36,715 bases of DNA from Patescibacteria group bacterium (GCA_034659355.1 JAYEHC010000055.1:1-36715), one strand, 5' to 3'; positions 8,484 through 18,066 are shown, counted from the first letter of the stretch. Translations and numbers: made by a program. Notes: generated by a model from the letters alone, not told the origin.

Positions 8484-11144
8484 GATAACTATATTAACCA
8501 ATCTTTCTTTTACAAAGATTACCTTTCTAATTTCCTTGTTCTCAATCCACTTCTTTATTTTCACGCTTTCAAAGGCGAGTTTTTTCGCGTTTTCTTCTGA
8601 AATATCAGCGGGAACTTTTTTCTGATCGCGAAGTTTACCGTTTATTTGAATAACAAGCGTTATTTCTTTTTCTTTGATTAATTCTAAATTATATTTAGGA
8701 AAAGATTGTAGATGAATGCTTTCCTGATTGCCAAGCATTTCCCAAAGTTCTTCCGTAATGTGTGGAGCGAAAGGAGATAATAAAATTAAAAATTGGGAGT
8801 AATGAGTTGCGGATATTTTCTCTTCTTTTTCCAAACTATTTAAAAATATCATCAGCTGCGAAATCGCTGTGTTAAATTTCAAATTATCAATGTCTTCCGT
8901 TACTTTTTTTATTGTTTTATGTAATAATGGTTCTATGGATTTAGACGCGATAAATCGCGTCTCTACTTTTATTTGCAATTTACATACTCTTTCCAAAAAT
9001 CTGCTCATTCCAACTAAGCTGTTTGTGTTCCAGGGAATCGCTTCGCTGTACGGTCCCATAAACATTTCATACAATCTAACTGTGTCGGCGCCATATTGCC
9101 TGATGACTTCATCGGGATTGATAGTATTGCCCCGTGACTTTGACATTTTCTGCCCATCTTCCGCTAAAATCATTCCGTGCGATCTTCTTTTTTTGTACGG
9201 TTCAGCGGTATTTACAAAACCTAAATCATACAAAAACTTATGCCAAAATCTGGAATATAATAAATGCAAAGTTGTATGTTCCATTCCGCCGTTATATAAA
9301 TCAACAGGCATCCAGTGTTTAATATTTTTTTGAGAAGCAAATTCTTGATTATTTTTGGAGTCTAAATATCTTAAATAATACCAGCTTGATCCCGCCCAAT
9401 TCGGCATCGTGTCTGTTTCTCTTTTCGCTGACTTACCACATTTTGGACATTTCACATTTACCCATTTATCAATTTTTGCAAGAGGGGATTTGCCAGTATC
9501 CGTCGGTTCGTAATTTTTTACTTCTGGTAATTCAAGCGGCAAGTCTTTTTTTTCTAATGCGACATTTCCGCACTTCTCGCATTTCACAATCGGAATCGGC
9601 TCGCCCCAATAATGCTGTCTTGAAAAAACCCAATCGCGCAATTTATAATTTGTCGCTTTTTTGCCAAAGTTGTTTTTTTCCAGCCATTTAGTTATTTTCT
9701 TTTTAGCTTCTTCTGTTGTCAAGCCATTTAAAAAATCTGAATTAATTAGTTTTCCTTTTCCTATATGATAATGCTTCCCATTTCTAACTTCTTCTAAAAA
9801 TCTTTCTATCCCATTTTCTATTGTTTCATTCTGTGGATTCCAACTAACAACAGTTCCACCTCTACATTGTTGAATGCCATCTTTGTCTATAATTATATAA
9901 TTTCTAACATTTTCAAACTTTATAGGATCAACTACACATTTTATCTCCAACCCAAACTTCTTCGCAAATTCAAAATCCCTTTCATCATGCGCCGGGACAG
10001 ACATAATCGCGCCGGTGCCATAAGAAGCTAAAACATAATCCGCGACCCAAATCGGAATTTCTTCGTTATTAACCGGATTTATCGCTTTAATTCCTTTCAA
10101 TTCAACTCCCGTTTTTTCTTTCGCCAAATCAGTTCTATCCAAATCGGATTTATTTTTCGCTTGCTCAACATATTTTTGAACTTCATCTAAATTCAAAATT
10201 CTAGATTCTAAACTCTTTATCAAATTATGCTCTGGAGACAAAACCATATAAGTACATCCAAATAAAGTATCGGGACGGGTCGTAAAAACCTCTACGGAGC
10301 TCGGCTCCGAAATTTCGGAGCCGAGCTCCGTAGAGGTTTTTACCGCAAATTTTACTGTCGCTCCCTCGCTTCTACCAATCCAATTCACTTGCTGCGTCTT
10401 AATTTTATCCAAATAATCAACGGTATCCAAATCTTTAATCAATCTTTCCGCGTATTTTGTAATTCGGAGCATCCATTGTCTCATTGTCTTTTTTTCCGCT
10501 GGCGCGCCACATCTTTCGCAAGTATTGTTCACCACTTCCTCGTTTGCCAGTCCAATCTTGCAGCTCGGACACCAGTTTATCGCCATTTTTGTTTCGTAAG
10601 CCAATCGATGATTATCAATAAACTCTCTTTTTTCCAAATCATTTAAATTTTTCGGAATATCTAAATCTTTAATATCCCGCGCCTTGTCCGATTTCTCATC
10701 ATAAAAACTGTTAAACAATTTTAAAAAGATCCACTGTGTCCATTTATAATATTTCGGATCAGTCGTATTTATTTCACGCGACCAATCAAAACTTGGTCCA
10801 TAACTTTTGATTTGACGAGTGAAGTTTTTAATATTATTTTTTGTTACGATCTTTGGATGAGTTTTTGTTTTAATCGCAAAATTTTCTGTTGGCAATCCAA
10901 AAGCGTCCCAGCCGATTGGGTACATAACATTATATCCGTCCATCCTTTTTTTTCGTGCGACAATATCAATCGCAATATGGCTTCTTAAATGTCCAACGTG
11001 AAGCCCAGCTCCGGATGGATAGGGAAATTCAATTAAACAATAAAACTTTTTCTTTTTAGAAAAATCTTCTGCTTTATAAATGTTACTCTTGTCCCATTCT
11101 TTTTGCCATTTTCCTTCAATTTTTTGAGGGTTATATTTTTGCAT
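8481..11144 (-). CDS. leuS: Leucine--tRNA ligase
   Basis: FPYPSGAGLHVGH (HIGH), GWDAFGLP, FTTRPDTLFG, GTGAIMSVPAHD (CP1 editing domain), KMSKS. Confidence 0.98.
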   Translation of the reverse strand: MQKYNPQKIEGKWQKEWDKSNIYKAEDFSKKKKFYCLIEFPYPSGAGLHVGHLRSHIAIDIVARKKRMDGYNVMYPIGWDAFGLPTENFAIKTKTHPKIVTKNNIKNFTRQIKSYGPSFDWSREINTTDPKYYKWTQWIFLKLFNSFYDEKSDKARDIKDLDIPKNLNDLEKREFIDNHRLAYETKMAINWCPSCKIGLANEEVVNNTCERCGAPAEKKTMRQWMLRITKYAERLIKDLDTVDYLDKIKTQQVNWIGRSEGATVKFAVKTSTELGSEISEPSSVEVFTTRPDTLFGCTYMVLSPEHNLIKSLESRILNLDEVQKYVEQAKNKSDLDRTDLAKEKTGVELKGIKAINPVNNEEIPIWVADYVLASYGTGAIMSVPAHDERDFEFAKKFGLEIKCVVDPIKFENVRNYIIIDKDGIQQCRGGTVVSWNPQNETIENGIERFLEEVRNGKHYHIGKGKLINSDFLNGLTTEEAKKKITKWLEKNNFGKKATNYKLRDWVFSRQHYWGEPIPIVKCEKCGNVALEKKDLPLELPEVKNYEPTDTGKSPLAKIDKWVNVKCPKCGKSAKRETDTMPNWAGSSWYYLRYLDSKNNQEFASQKNIKHWMPVDLYNGGMEHTTLHLLYSRFWHKFLYDLGFVNTAEPYKKRRSHGMILAEDGQKMSKSRGNTINPDEVIRQYGADTVRLYEMFMGPYSEAIPWNTNSLVGMSRFLERVCKLQIKVETRFIASKSIEPLLHKTIKKVTEDIDNLKFNTAISQLMIFLNSLEKEEKISATHYSQFLILLSPFAPHITEELWEMLGNQESIHLQSFPKYNLELIKEKEITLVIQINGKLRDQKKVPADISEENAKKLAFESVKIKKWIENKEIRKVIFVKERLVNIVI
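10282..10343. repeat. Perfect 62-bp palindrome inside leuS
   Basis: GTAAAAACCTCTACGGAGCTCGGCTCCGAAA|TTTCGGAGCCGAGCTCCGTAGAGGTTTTTAC; 31-bp arms, no loop. Confidence 0.95.
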
Positions 11145-11203
11145 ACTAATTTTATATATACTAAACTATAATTTATACTAAAAGCAAACTAACTAATTTT
11201 ATT

Positions 11204-11241
11204 TATAGCTTTTTTCTCACGATCGTGAGAAAAAGGCTATA
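11204..11241. promoter_or_regulatory. 38-bp near-perfect palindrome upstream of leuS
   Basis: TATAGCTTTTTTCTCACGA|TCGTGAGAAAAAGGCTATA, one mismatch; function unknown. Confidence 0.45.
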
Positions 11242-11488
11242 TTTCTATCTAATTTATTTATCTAATATTCTTTTGGTTTTTGTATTTGATTACTTTATTC
11301 AAAATTTTATTTTTGGTTTTATTTACTTTATTTATTTTAATTATAACAGATTTTAGTTTATTGTATAGATAACGAAATCACAAAGTTTTTAAGATAGGCA
11401 GGCTTGTGTTATAATAAAATTATTAAGAAAGGATGGTTATTTTAAATCTCTAACTTGAACTAACCACTTTTTTAGCTTATGAAAAAAT

Positions 11489-11560
11489 GAAAAAGATTTT
11501 TGGAAAGGGGAGGTCGTTGTTGTTTATGGTGCGCGACAAGTGGGAAAAACTACCTTTTTA
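11489..11560 (+). pseudogene. 5' remnant of an AAA_14-type ATPase gene
   Basis: Translates EKDFWKGEVVVVYGARQVGKTTFL, the same Walker A (GARQVGKTT) as the ATPase at 26374. No in-frame start; repeat C begins at 11561. Confidence 0.75.
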
Positions 11561-11710
11561 CGGGAACCAGTTTGTAACCGGTTTCCAATATTTCCCAAGC
11601 GAATAAAACTATCAAAGTATTTCCCCCGTCTTAAAAACACAAAACGATAAAATAAAATTGTTGAGATTTAGAAACAAAAGGAACTGTTTATAAAACAGTT
11701 CTCGCGAGGA
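11561..11710 (+). repeat. Repeat family C copy 1 (REPIN-like, two terminal hairpins)
   Basis: 141/150 identical to 14740-14889. Hairpins GGAACCAGTT..AACCGGTTTCC and GAACTGTTT..AAACAGTTC. Confidence 0.9.
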
Positions 11711-11748
11711 GAACACAATTGTCAATACCTTGCGTTAAAACCTTGCTT

Positions 11749-11879
11749 GTTGGCTCCACTCTTCTGAGTGGAGCCATTTGTTTATACGACAAGCCGTCTA
11801 TACCCAGTCGCTAATTAATTGCTGATAGGATTTTTTGCGCAGTTTAACAACAGACTCCAGTCAGGAGACTGGAGCCAAT
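11749..11879. repeat. Empty REP-like inverted hairpin pair (family D-related)
   Basis: GTTGGCTCCACTC-TTCT-GAGTGGAGCC ... GACTCCAGTC-AGGA-GACTGGAGCCAAT. Confidence 0.7.
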
Positions 11880-11959
11880 GAATAAAATAAATATATTTTG
11901 GGTCAAGCTAACTAAAATTAATAGCAAGGCTCTTTTTATTTTTATTTAGAGTAATTCTA

Positions 11960-11968
11960 TGCTATAAT
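11960..11968 (+). promoter_or_regulatory. Extended -10 promoter of the Fic gene
   Basis: TGCTATAAT about 45 bp upstream of the ATG. Confidence 0.6.
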
Positions 11969-12012
11969 AAACCATAATAAATCAATTTTAGAGCACTAAT
12001 AAAACCAAAAAA

Positions 12013-13083
12013 ATGGAAAAATTACAAGGTTTTGAAAATTCTAATCAAGAATATAGCGAAAAGGAATTTAGAGAGCAAGGAACTGACGCTCTTTTGCGTT
12101 TCTTGGACACTGCGGAAAATGCGAAGTTTCTACATGACAAAAAATTTGAAGAAATTTTTGCTGATGAAGAAAGTAAAAGAGACTTTGTTGATAATTTGGA
12201 AATTGAAGAATTTATTGAATTACTTAACACTTTTAATGGAATTTTAAGAAATAAGGAAAAAGAAGAGTGGAGAATGGATGGAGAAACTGTTGCTCTTGTA
12301 GGTTTTGTAGATGGTGCTATTCCTCCTCAACACGAAGATAAACCAGAGTTATTGGCAAAAGTTTTATCTGTTGCAAAAGAAATGAACCAAAATAAAAAGG
12401 ATTTAAAAGATATCGCCTTGCTTTTTTCATCCTCTATCAATGCTATACATTCCTATGCAGACGGCAATGGAAGAACAAGCAGATTGATTTATTCATTGTT
12501 TACTCAAGATTTTAATGATGAAACAAAAAAAGAATTGAAAGAAGTTTTGTTAGAAGGTGGCAGAGAAAAAATAAATATTAATCCTGGATTTATTGAAGGC
12601 GAAATAGAGGATCTGGTAGGAATAAAAGAACCAAATATAAGCAAGGGTGAAATAGCACAATTTTGGCGAGACGATAAAGTTGGAAAAAGGAAAGACATAA
12701 AATTTAATCAAGAAATTAACAAAGCGGACAAAGAACTGTTTTTTAATCGTTTGGATAAAGATAATGAATATTTTTTTTGGAGCGTAGTTAAATATTTACA
12801 AGACAATTCTGATATAAATAGAGAAAAGTGTTTAAAAGAAATTCCTAATAGTTCCAACAATGCAATGGCAATTCCAATCAGTATTTTATCAAAAAGTTTA
12901 GATAATGAAAAATTGAATAAAATATTTCAAAATTATAGAGATTTAAAAAAAGAATATGTTGAAAAACTGATTGATTCTATCGCTAATCCTGATAAAAAAG
13001 AATATCAAATTGAAATTAAAGGACAAAAAATTTCAATAAAAGATTATTTTGAAAGTAAGATAAAGGAGGAACAAGAAAGATGA
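12013..13083 (+). CDS. Fic/Doc family protein
   Basis: HSYADGNGRTSR matches the Fic motif HxFx(D/E)GNGRxxR, with Y for F. Confidence 0.85.
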   Translation: MEKLQGFENSNQEYSEKEFREQGTDALLRFLDTAENAKFLHDKKFEEIFADEESKRDFVDNLEIEEFIELLNTFNGILRNKEKEEWRMDGETVALVGFVDGAIPPQHEDKPELLAKVLSVAKEMNQNKKDLKDIALLFSSSINAIHSYADGNGRTSRLIYSLFTQDFNDETKKELKEVLLEGGREKININPGFIEGEIEDLVGIKEPNISKGEIAQFWRDDKVGKRKDIKFNQEINKADKELFFNRLDKDNEYFFWSVVKYLQDNSDINREKCLKEIPNSSNNAMAIPISILSKSLDNEKLNKIFQNYRDLKKEYVEKLIDSIANPDKKEYQIEIKGQKISIKDYFESKIKEEQER

Positions 13084-13100
13084 AAATAAATAAATTAAAT

Positions 13101-13127
13101 ATTTTAAAACACTAACCAAAAAAAATT
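13101..13127 (+). repeat. Left direct repeat of ATPase cassette 1
   Basis: ATTTTAAAACACTAACCAAAAAAAATT, 26/27 identical to 14710-14736. Confidence 0.7.
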
Positions 13128-13198
13128 AAAAAGAGAACACAAAAAATATTCCTTGGCTTAAAGACGCAAACAAATGCTTTTGATTTTATAATTTGGCG

Positions 13199-13227
13199 TT
13201 GACAAATATGGATTGCTATGCTATTAT
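13199..13227 (+). promoter_or_regulatory. Sigma70-type promoter of ATPase 1
   Basis: TTGACA-17 bp-TATTAT, with extended TG. Confidence 0.7.
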
Positions 13228-13266
13228 AGTAGTAAATATAACCGTTATAAATATTACTATTTGTTT

Positions 13267-14709
13267 ATGAAGTTCTATAACAGAGAAAAAGAAATAAAAA
13301 TAATCAATGAAATTGTAAAGAAAAGCAAAAAAAGCGGACAGTTGATTGTGTTGCAGGGAAAGAGAAGAGTTGGCAAGACAGCTTTAATTCTTCATACTTT
13401 TAAAAAACAGAATTTCCTTTATTTTTTTGTTAGCAAGAAAACAGAGAAAGAATTACTGGATGATTTTAGAGAAGAAATCAGCAAAAAATTAGATCTGCCG
13501 TATTTAGGCGAATTTAAAAGTTTAAAGCATCTATTGGAATTTTTGTTTGATTATAGCAAGAAAAATAATTTAATTGTTGTTTTTGACGAGTTTCAAAATT
13601 TTAAAATAATCAATCCTTCTCTTTTTTCGGACTTGCAGAAATTTTGGGACTTAAATAAAGACAAAAGCAAGATTGCCATATTCTGCATTGGTTCAATGTT
13701 CACTCTGATCAAAAAAATTTTTACTTCTTCAAAGGAGCCGTTATACAACAGAGCTAATAAAATCATAGAACTTAAACCTTTTGATTTAAAAACCCAGCAG
13801 ACTGTTTTAAAAGATTTTAAATTATTGTCCCCCAAGAATTTTCTAGTTTTCTATTCGCTTTTTAACGGAATGCCGAAATATTTTGAATTGATAGAAGATA
13901 ATGATTTAAGAGGCAAGGATATAAAGCAAATTATTAAAAAGTTGTTTTGCGAAGAAGACGCCTATTTAATCAAAGAAGGCAAAAATATTTTAATTGAAGA
14001 ATTCGGCAGGTCTTATGAGAAATACTTTTCAGTTTTAACGGCTATTGCTCTGGGAAAAACAACTAAAAACGAGATATATAATTATACTGGCATAAATATA
14101 AATTCTTTGGGGGTTTTGCTAAAAACGCTGGAGGATTTTTATGAAATCGTAGAAAGAAAGATTCCTGTTTTAGAAAAAAAGGCAAGTTCCAAATTAAGTT
14201 CGTATAAAATCAAAGATGAATTTCTATCTTTTTGGTTCCGCTATATTTACAAAAAAAATTATTTGATAGAAATAAAAAATTGGCAAGCGCTGTTTAATTA
14301 TATTGATAAAGATCTGGATAATTATTTGGGATTTAAGTTTGAAAATTTAGTCAGAGATTATTTGATAGAACAAAATAATAGCAAAAATAATATTTTTGAT
14401 TTTGAGCAAATCGGCTCTTTCTGGAAAAGACCTGATTTATCCGGCGATAATAAGGAGATAGATATCGTAGCGGTTAGTAAAGAAAGTAAAACAGCGCTGA
14501 TTGGCGAATGTAAATTGAATTTTAGTAAAGTGAATCAAAACTTGGTTGATAATTTAATTAGAAAAAGCAAGTTTGTTTCTAAGCTGAAAAATTATAAAAA
14601 AGTTTTTTATATTTTTACCGTTAAAGAATTGCCGAAAGAAAAAAAGAAAATTCTGGCGAAAAATGATTTTAAGTTTTTGTCGTTGGAGAAAATAATAAAG
14701 AAATTATAA
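13267..14709 (+). CDS. Archaeal-type AAA ATPase with wHTH and C-terminal PD-(D/E)xK domain (ATPase_2/DUF234-like)
   Basis: MKFYNREKE start, Walker A GKRRVGKT, Walker B VVFDEFQ, DEFLSFWFRYI, EIDIVA...IGECK. ATG 13267 preferred over TTG 13213. Confidence 0.88.
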   Translation: MKFYNREKEIKIINEIVKKSKKSGQLIVLQGKRRVGKTALILHTFKKQNFLYFFVSKKTEKELLDDFREEISKKLDLPYLGEFKSLKHLLEFLFDYSKKNNLIVVFDEFQNFKIINPSLFSDLQKFWDLNKDKSKIAIFCIGSMFTLIKKIFTSSKEPLYNRANKIIELKPFDLKTQQTVLKDFKLLSPKNFLVFYSLFNGMPKYFELIEDNDLRGKDIKQIIKKLFCEEDAYLIKEGKNILIEEFGRSYEKYFSVLTAIALGKTTKNEIYNYTGININSLGVLLKTLEDFYEIVERKIPVLEKKASSKLSSYKIKDEFLSFWFRYIYKKNYLIEIKNWQALFNYIDKDLDNYLGFKFENLVRDYLIEQNNSKNNIFDFEQIGSFWKRPDLSGDNKEIDIVAVSKESKTALIGECKLNFSKVNQNLVDNLIRKSKFVSKLKNYKKVFYIFTVKELPKEKKKILAKNDFKFLSLEKIIKKL

Positions 14710-14736
14710 ATTTTAAAAAACTAACCAAAAAAAATT
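14710..14736 (+). repeat. Right direct repeat of ATPase cassette 1
   Basis: Starts on the first base after the TAA stop (14707-14709). Confidence 0.7.
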
Positions 14737-14739
14737 TTG

Positions 14740-14889
14740 CGGGAACCAGTTTATAACTGGTTTCCAATATTTCCCAAGCGAATAAAACTATCAAAATATT
14801 TTCCCTGTCTTAAAAACGCAAAACGATAAAATAAAATTGTTGAAATTTAGAAACAAAAGGAACTGTTTACAAAACAGTTCCCGCGAGGA
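14740..14889 (+). repeat. Repeat family C copy 2
   Basis: 94% identical to 11561-11710. A degenerate partial unit also lies at about 15026-15070. Confidence 0.9.
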
Positions 14890-15096
14890 TGTCTTATGTC
14901 TTCTTTTGCAATCAAAGTGGCATTTTGTCAAGAAAAGAACATCTCAAAGAATTATTTAATGACACAATTGAAAAATAATTTTTAAAATTAAAATAGAGTT
15001 GTTTTACATTTCAATACTCTTACAAAAACTGGTTTGCAATCAGTTCCTAATATCTTCCAAGCAAACAAAATTATTTAATTTTTAACAACCAAAAAA

Positions 15097-17490
15097 ATGA
15101 AAAACAGAACACAAAAAAACATCCTCTGGTTTGAGGAAGTAACCAATAAAGATGTTAATCTTGTTGGCGGGAAAAATGCGTCACTAGGGGAAATGTATCA
15201 AAAATTAACTAAGAAGAAAGTAAACATTCCAAATGGGTTTGCTTTGACAGCGCGCGCTTATCGGCAGTTTATGAAAGAGTCGGGACTGATGAATGAAATT
15301 AAAGAAATTTTAAGTGACCTTGATACGCACAATATCAGAAATCTTTCTGAAAGAGGAGAAAAAGTCAGACAGGCGATTATGTCTGCAAAGTTTCCTGAAC
15401 ATTTAAGTGATGAAATTGCTAAAGCTTACAAGGAAATGGAAAAGATGTATGGGAAAAATGTTGATACAGCGGTAAGATCAAGCGCAACGGCGGAGGATTT
15501 ACCGGACGCTTCTTTCGCGGGACAGCAGGATACCTATTTAAATATTAAAGGAATTCACAATGTTGTTTATGCTACTCATCAGTGTATTGCTTCGCTTTTT
15601 ACAAATCGCGCTATTTCATATCGTGAAGACAAGGGATTTGATCATTTTACAATTGCACTTTCAGTTGGCATTCAAAAAATGGTTCGCAGTGATCAGGCAG
15701 TTAGTGGGGTGATGTTTTCTATCGATACGGAGTCTGGATTTCGTGATGCAGTCTTGATAAATGCTGCTTATGGACTTGGAGAAAATATTGTTCAGGGGAA
15801 AGTTACACCTGATGAATTTTATGTTTTTCAACCAACACTTAAAAAAGGATTTAAGCCGATTATAGAAAAAACTCTTGGTTCAAAAGCTTTTCGCTTAATT
15901 TATAGCACAGAAGGAAAATCACCTATCAAAAATATCGCAGTTTCAAAAGAAGATAGAAAGAAATTTTGTATTACGAACGCAGAGATTATAAAACTTGCAG
16001 AGTGGGCAACAATTATTGAAGAACATTATAAGAGACCAATGGATATGGAATGGGCAAAAGATGGGGTGACGGGAAAATTGTTTATTGTTCAGGCTCGTCC
16101 AGAAACAGCGCAAAGTGTGCGGGATGTAAATATTTTAGAAGAATATATTTTAAGAAAAAAAAGCAGGATTCTTTGTTCAGGCGCGAGTGTAGGCTATAAA
16201 ATCGGTAAAGGAAAAGTTAATCTTATTAAAGATGTAAGTGGTATTGAAGATTTTAAAAAAGGAGAAGTCTTAGTGACAGAGATGACCGATCCTGACTGGG
16301 AGCCGATTATGAAAATTGCTTCAGCAATTGTCACAAATTCAGGAGGAAGAACTTGTCATGCGGCAATTGTTTCGCGGGAGCTGGGAATTCCGTGTGTTGT
16401 TGGCACAAGGATTTGCACAGAAGTTATTAAAAACGGAAAGGATGTGACTGTAAGTTGCGCAGAGGGCGAGGAAGGATATGTCTACGAAGGATTACTTGAT
16501 TTTGAAGTCAAGAAAACAAATATTGGTAAGATCAAAAAGCCGAAAGTAAAAATAATGATGAATCTTGCCGAACCAGAGCAAGCATTTACACAATCGTTTA
16601 TTCCAAATGACGGAGTGGGTTTAGCAAGAGAGGAGTTTATTATAAACAATACAATAAAAGTTCATCCATTAGCATTAATGGCTCTGGATAAGAAAATAAA
16701 AGGTGTTGTAATTGATAGGCAAACAGTTAGTAAGATACATCATATTACTGCTGGTTATAAAACTAAAAATGATTTCTTTATTGATAAGTTGGCGCAAGGG
16801 ATTGGAAAATTGGGAGCTGCTTTTTATCCAAAAGATGTTATTGTAAGATTTTCTGATTTCAAAAGTAATGAGTATGCTAACTTGATTGGTGGGAAATATT
16901 TTGAGCCGAGCGAAGAAAATCCAATGATTGGTTGGCGAGGCGCTTCAAGATACTATGACGATAAGTATAGGGAGGCGTTCAAAATGGAATGTGAAGCGAT
17001 TAAAAAAGTTCGTGAGGAATTCGGGTTGACGAATGTTATTGTGATGGTACCATTTTGTCGAACAGTAGAAGAAGGTAAAAAAGTTTTAGCGGTAATGAAA
17101 GAAGCGGGACTTGAAAGAGGAAAGAATAAATTGCGAGTCTATGTAATGGCAGAAATTCCAGCAAATATTCTTTTAGTTGATGAGTTTGCTAAGATTTTTG
17201 ATGGTTTCTCAATTGGTAGTAATGATCTAACTCAGTTAACTCTTGGAATTGACAGGGATAATGGAAATTTATCTCATATTGCCAATGAGAAAAATGAGGC
17301 AGTAAAAATATTAATTAGACAACTCATCAAAGGTGCTCATAAAAGAAAAAGAAAAGTTGGTATTTGCGGACAAGCGCCATCAGACTTTCCTGACTTTGCG
17401 GAGTTTGTTGTTAAAGAAGGAATTGACAGTATTTCTTTAACATCTGATACGGTTTTGAAGACGATGATTTATTTGGGGAAGAAACGGTAG
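15097..17490 (+). CDS. ppsA: Phosphoenolpyruvate synthase
   Basis: VGGKNASLGEM, AVRSSATAED, GGRTCHAAIVSRE (phospho-His), DGFSIGSNDLTQ. Confidence 0.98.
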   Translation: MKNRTQKNILWFEEVTNKDVNLVGGKNASLGEMYQKLTKKKVNIPNGFALTARAYRQFMKESGLMNEIKEILSDLDTHNIRNLSERGEKVRQAIMSAKFPEHLSDEIAKAYKEMEKMYGKNVDTAVRSSATAEDLPDASFAGQQDTYLNIKGIHNVVYATHQCIASLFTNRAISYREDKGFDHFTIALSVGIQKMVRSDQAVSGVMFSIDTESGFRDAVLINAAYGLGENIVQGKVTPDEFYVFQPTLKKGFKPIIEKTLGSKAFRLIYSTEGKSPIKNIAVSKEDRKKFCITNAEIIKLAEWATIIEEHYKRPMDMEWAKDGVTGKLFIVQARPETAQSVRDVNILEEYILRKKSRILCSGASVGYKIGKGKVNLIKDVSGIEDFKKGEVLVTEMTDPDWEPIMKIASAIVTNSGGRTCHAAIVSRELGIPCVVGTRICTEVIKNGKDVTVSCAEGEEGYVYEGLLDFEVKKTNIGKIKKPKVKIMMNLAEPEQAFTQSFIPNDGVGLAREEFIINNTIKVHPLALMALDKKIKGVVIDRQTVSKIHHITAGYKTKNDFFIDKLAQGIGKLGAAFYPKDVIVRFSDFKSNEYANLIGGKYFEPSEENPMIGWRGASRYYDDKYREAFKMECEAIKKVREEFGLTNVIVMVPFCRTVEEGKKVLAVMKEAGLERGKNKLRVYVMAEIPANILLVDEFAKIFDGFSIGSNDLTQLTLGIDRDNGNLSHIANEKNEAVKILIRQLIKGAHKRKRKVGICGQAPSDFPDFAEFVVKEGIDSISLTSDTVLKTMIYLGKKR

Positions 17491-17547
17491 ATATTGGATA
17501 TTAAATATTAGGATATTGGAGCGAGGGCTTCATCCCGAAAAAATATT

Positions 17548-17580
17548 GTTGGCTCCATAGTCCTGTAGGGCTGTGGAGCC
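17548..17580 (+). repeat. REP-like hairpin D, left boundary of cassette 1
   Basis: GTTGGCTCCATAGTCCTGTAGGGCTGTGGAGCC. Confidence 0.8.
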
Positions 17581-17620
17581 GAAGTGTGAGAATGTAAAAT
17601 ATCATTAATCTGGATTATCT

Positions 17621-17911
17621 ATGAATGAGCTCATAACAATACTCGGTACTGTTTTTTCAGGAATATCAATAATATTATTTTGTGTTGTTCTTAAAATTAT
17701 TTTTGTGGATTTGCCAAAATACGAAAAACAAATAAATAAATTATACAAAGAGAAAGAAGAAAAAATAAAAAAAGAAAGAAGAAGTACAAAATTAACTATG
17801 CATATTGAAGGAGCTATAGAAAATATAGAGAAAGAATATAATCCTAAAATTAAGGAGTTGGAGAGAAAGAGAAGATTTCTTTTAGATAAAATACCGTTTT
17901 TAAGAAAATAA
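17621..17911 (+). CDS. Small single-TM coiled-coil protein (paralog of 19490..19762)
   Basis: N-terminal hydrophobic helix; shares EKQINKLxKEKxEKI and LExKRRFLLDKIPFLxK with its paralog. Confidence 0.8.
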   Translation: MNELITILGTVFSGISIILFCVVLKIIFVDLPKYEKQINKLYKEKEEKIKKERRSTKLTMHIEGAIENIEKEYNPKIKELERKRRFLLDKIPFLRK

Positions 17912-18004
17912 GAAACGGGTTATTATATCTAAAGCCCCGTCAAAGTTTTCAATAAGGACTCTGACGAGGCGGAAAAAATTAAAGAATAAAAATTCTCGCA
18001 TTAA

Positions 18005-18037
18005 GATTCCACAGCCCTGCGGGACTATGGAACCAGC
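18005..18037 (-). repeat. REP-like hairpin D, right boundary (inverted) of cassette 1
   Basis: Reverse complement is GCTGGTTCCATAGTCCCGCAGGGCTGTGGAATC. Confidence 0.8.
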
Positions 18038-18066
18038 GATATATTGATTTTTCCTAAAAACAAAAT

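Noticed and set aside
2117-10646. Many short antisense or alternate-frame ORFs within A2M and leuS
   Set aside because: Shadow ORFs of long genes with no motifs; the same applies inside ppsA-region genes, rnj and the M16 peptidase.
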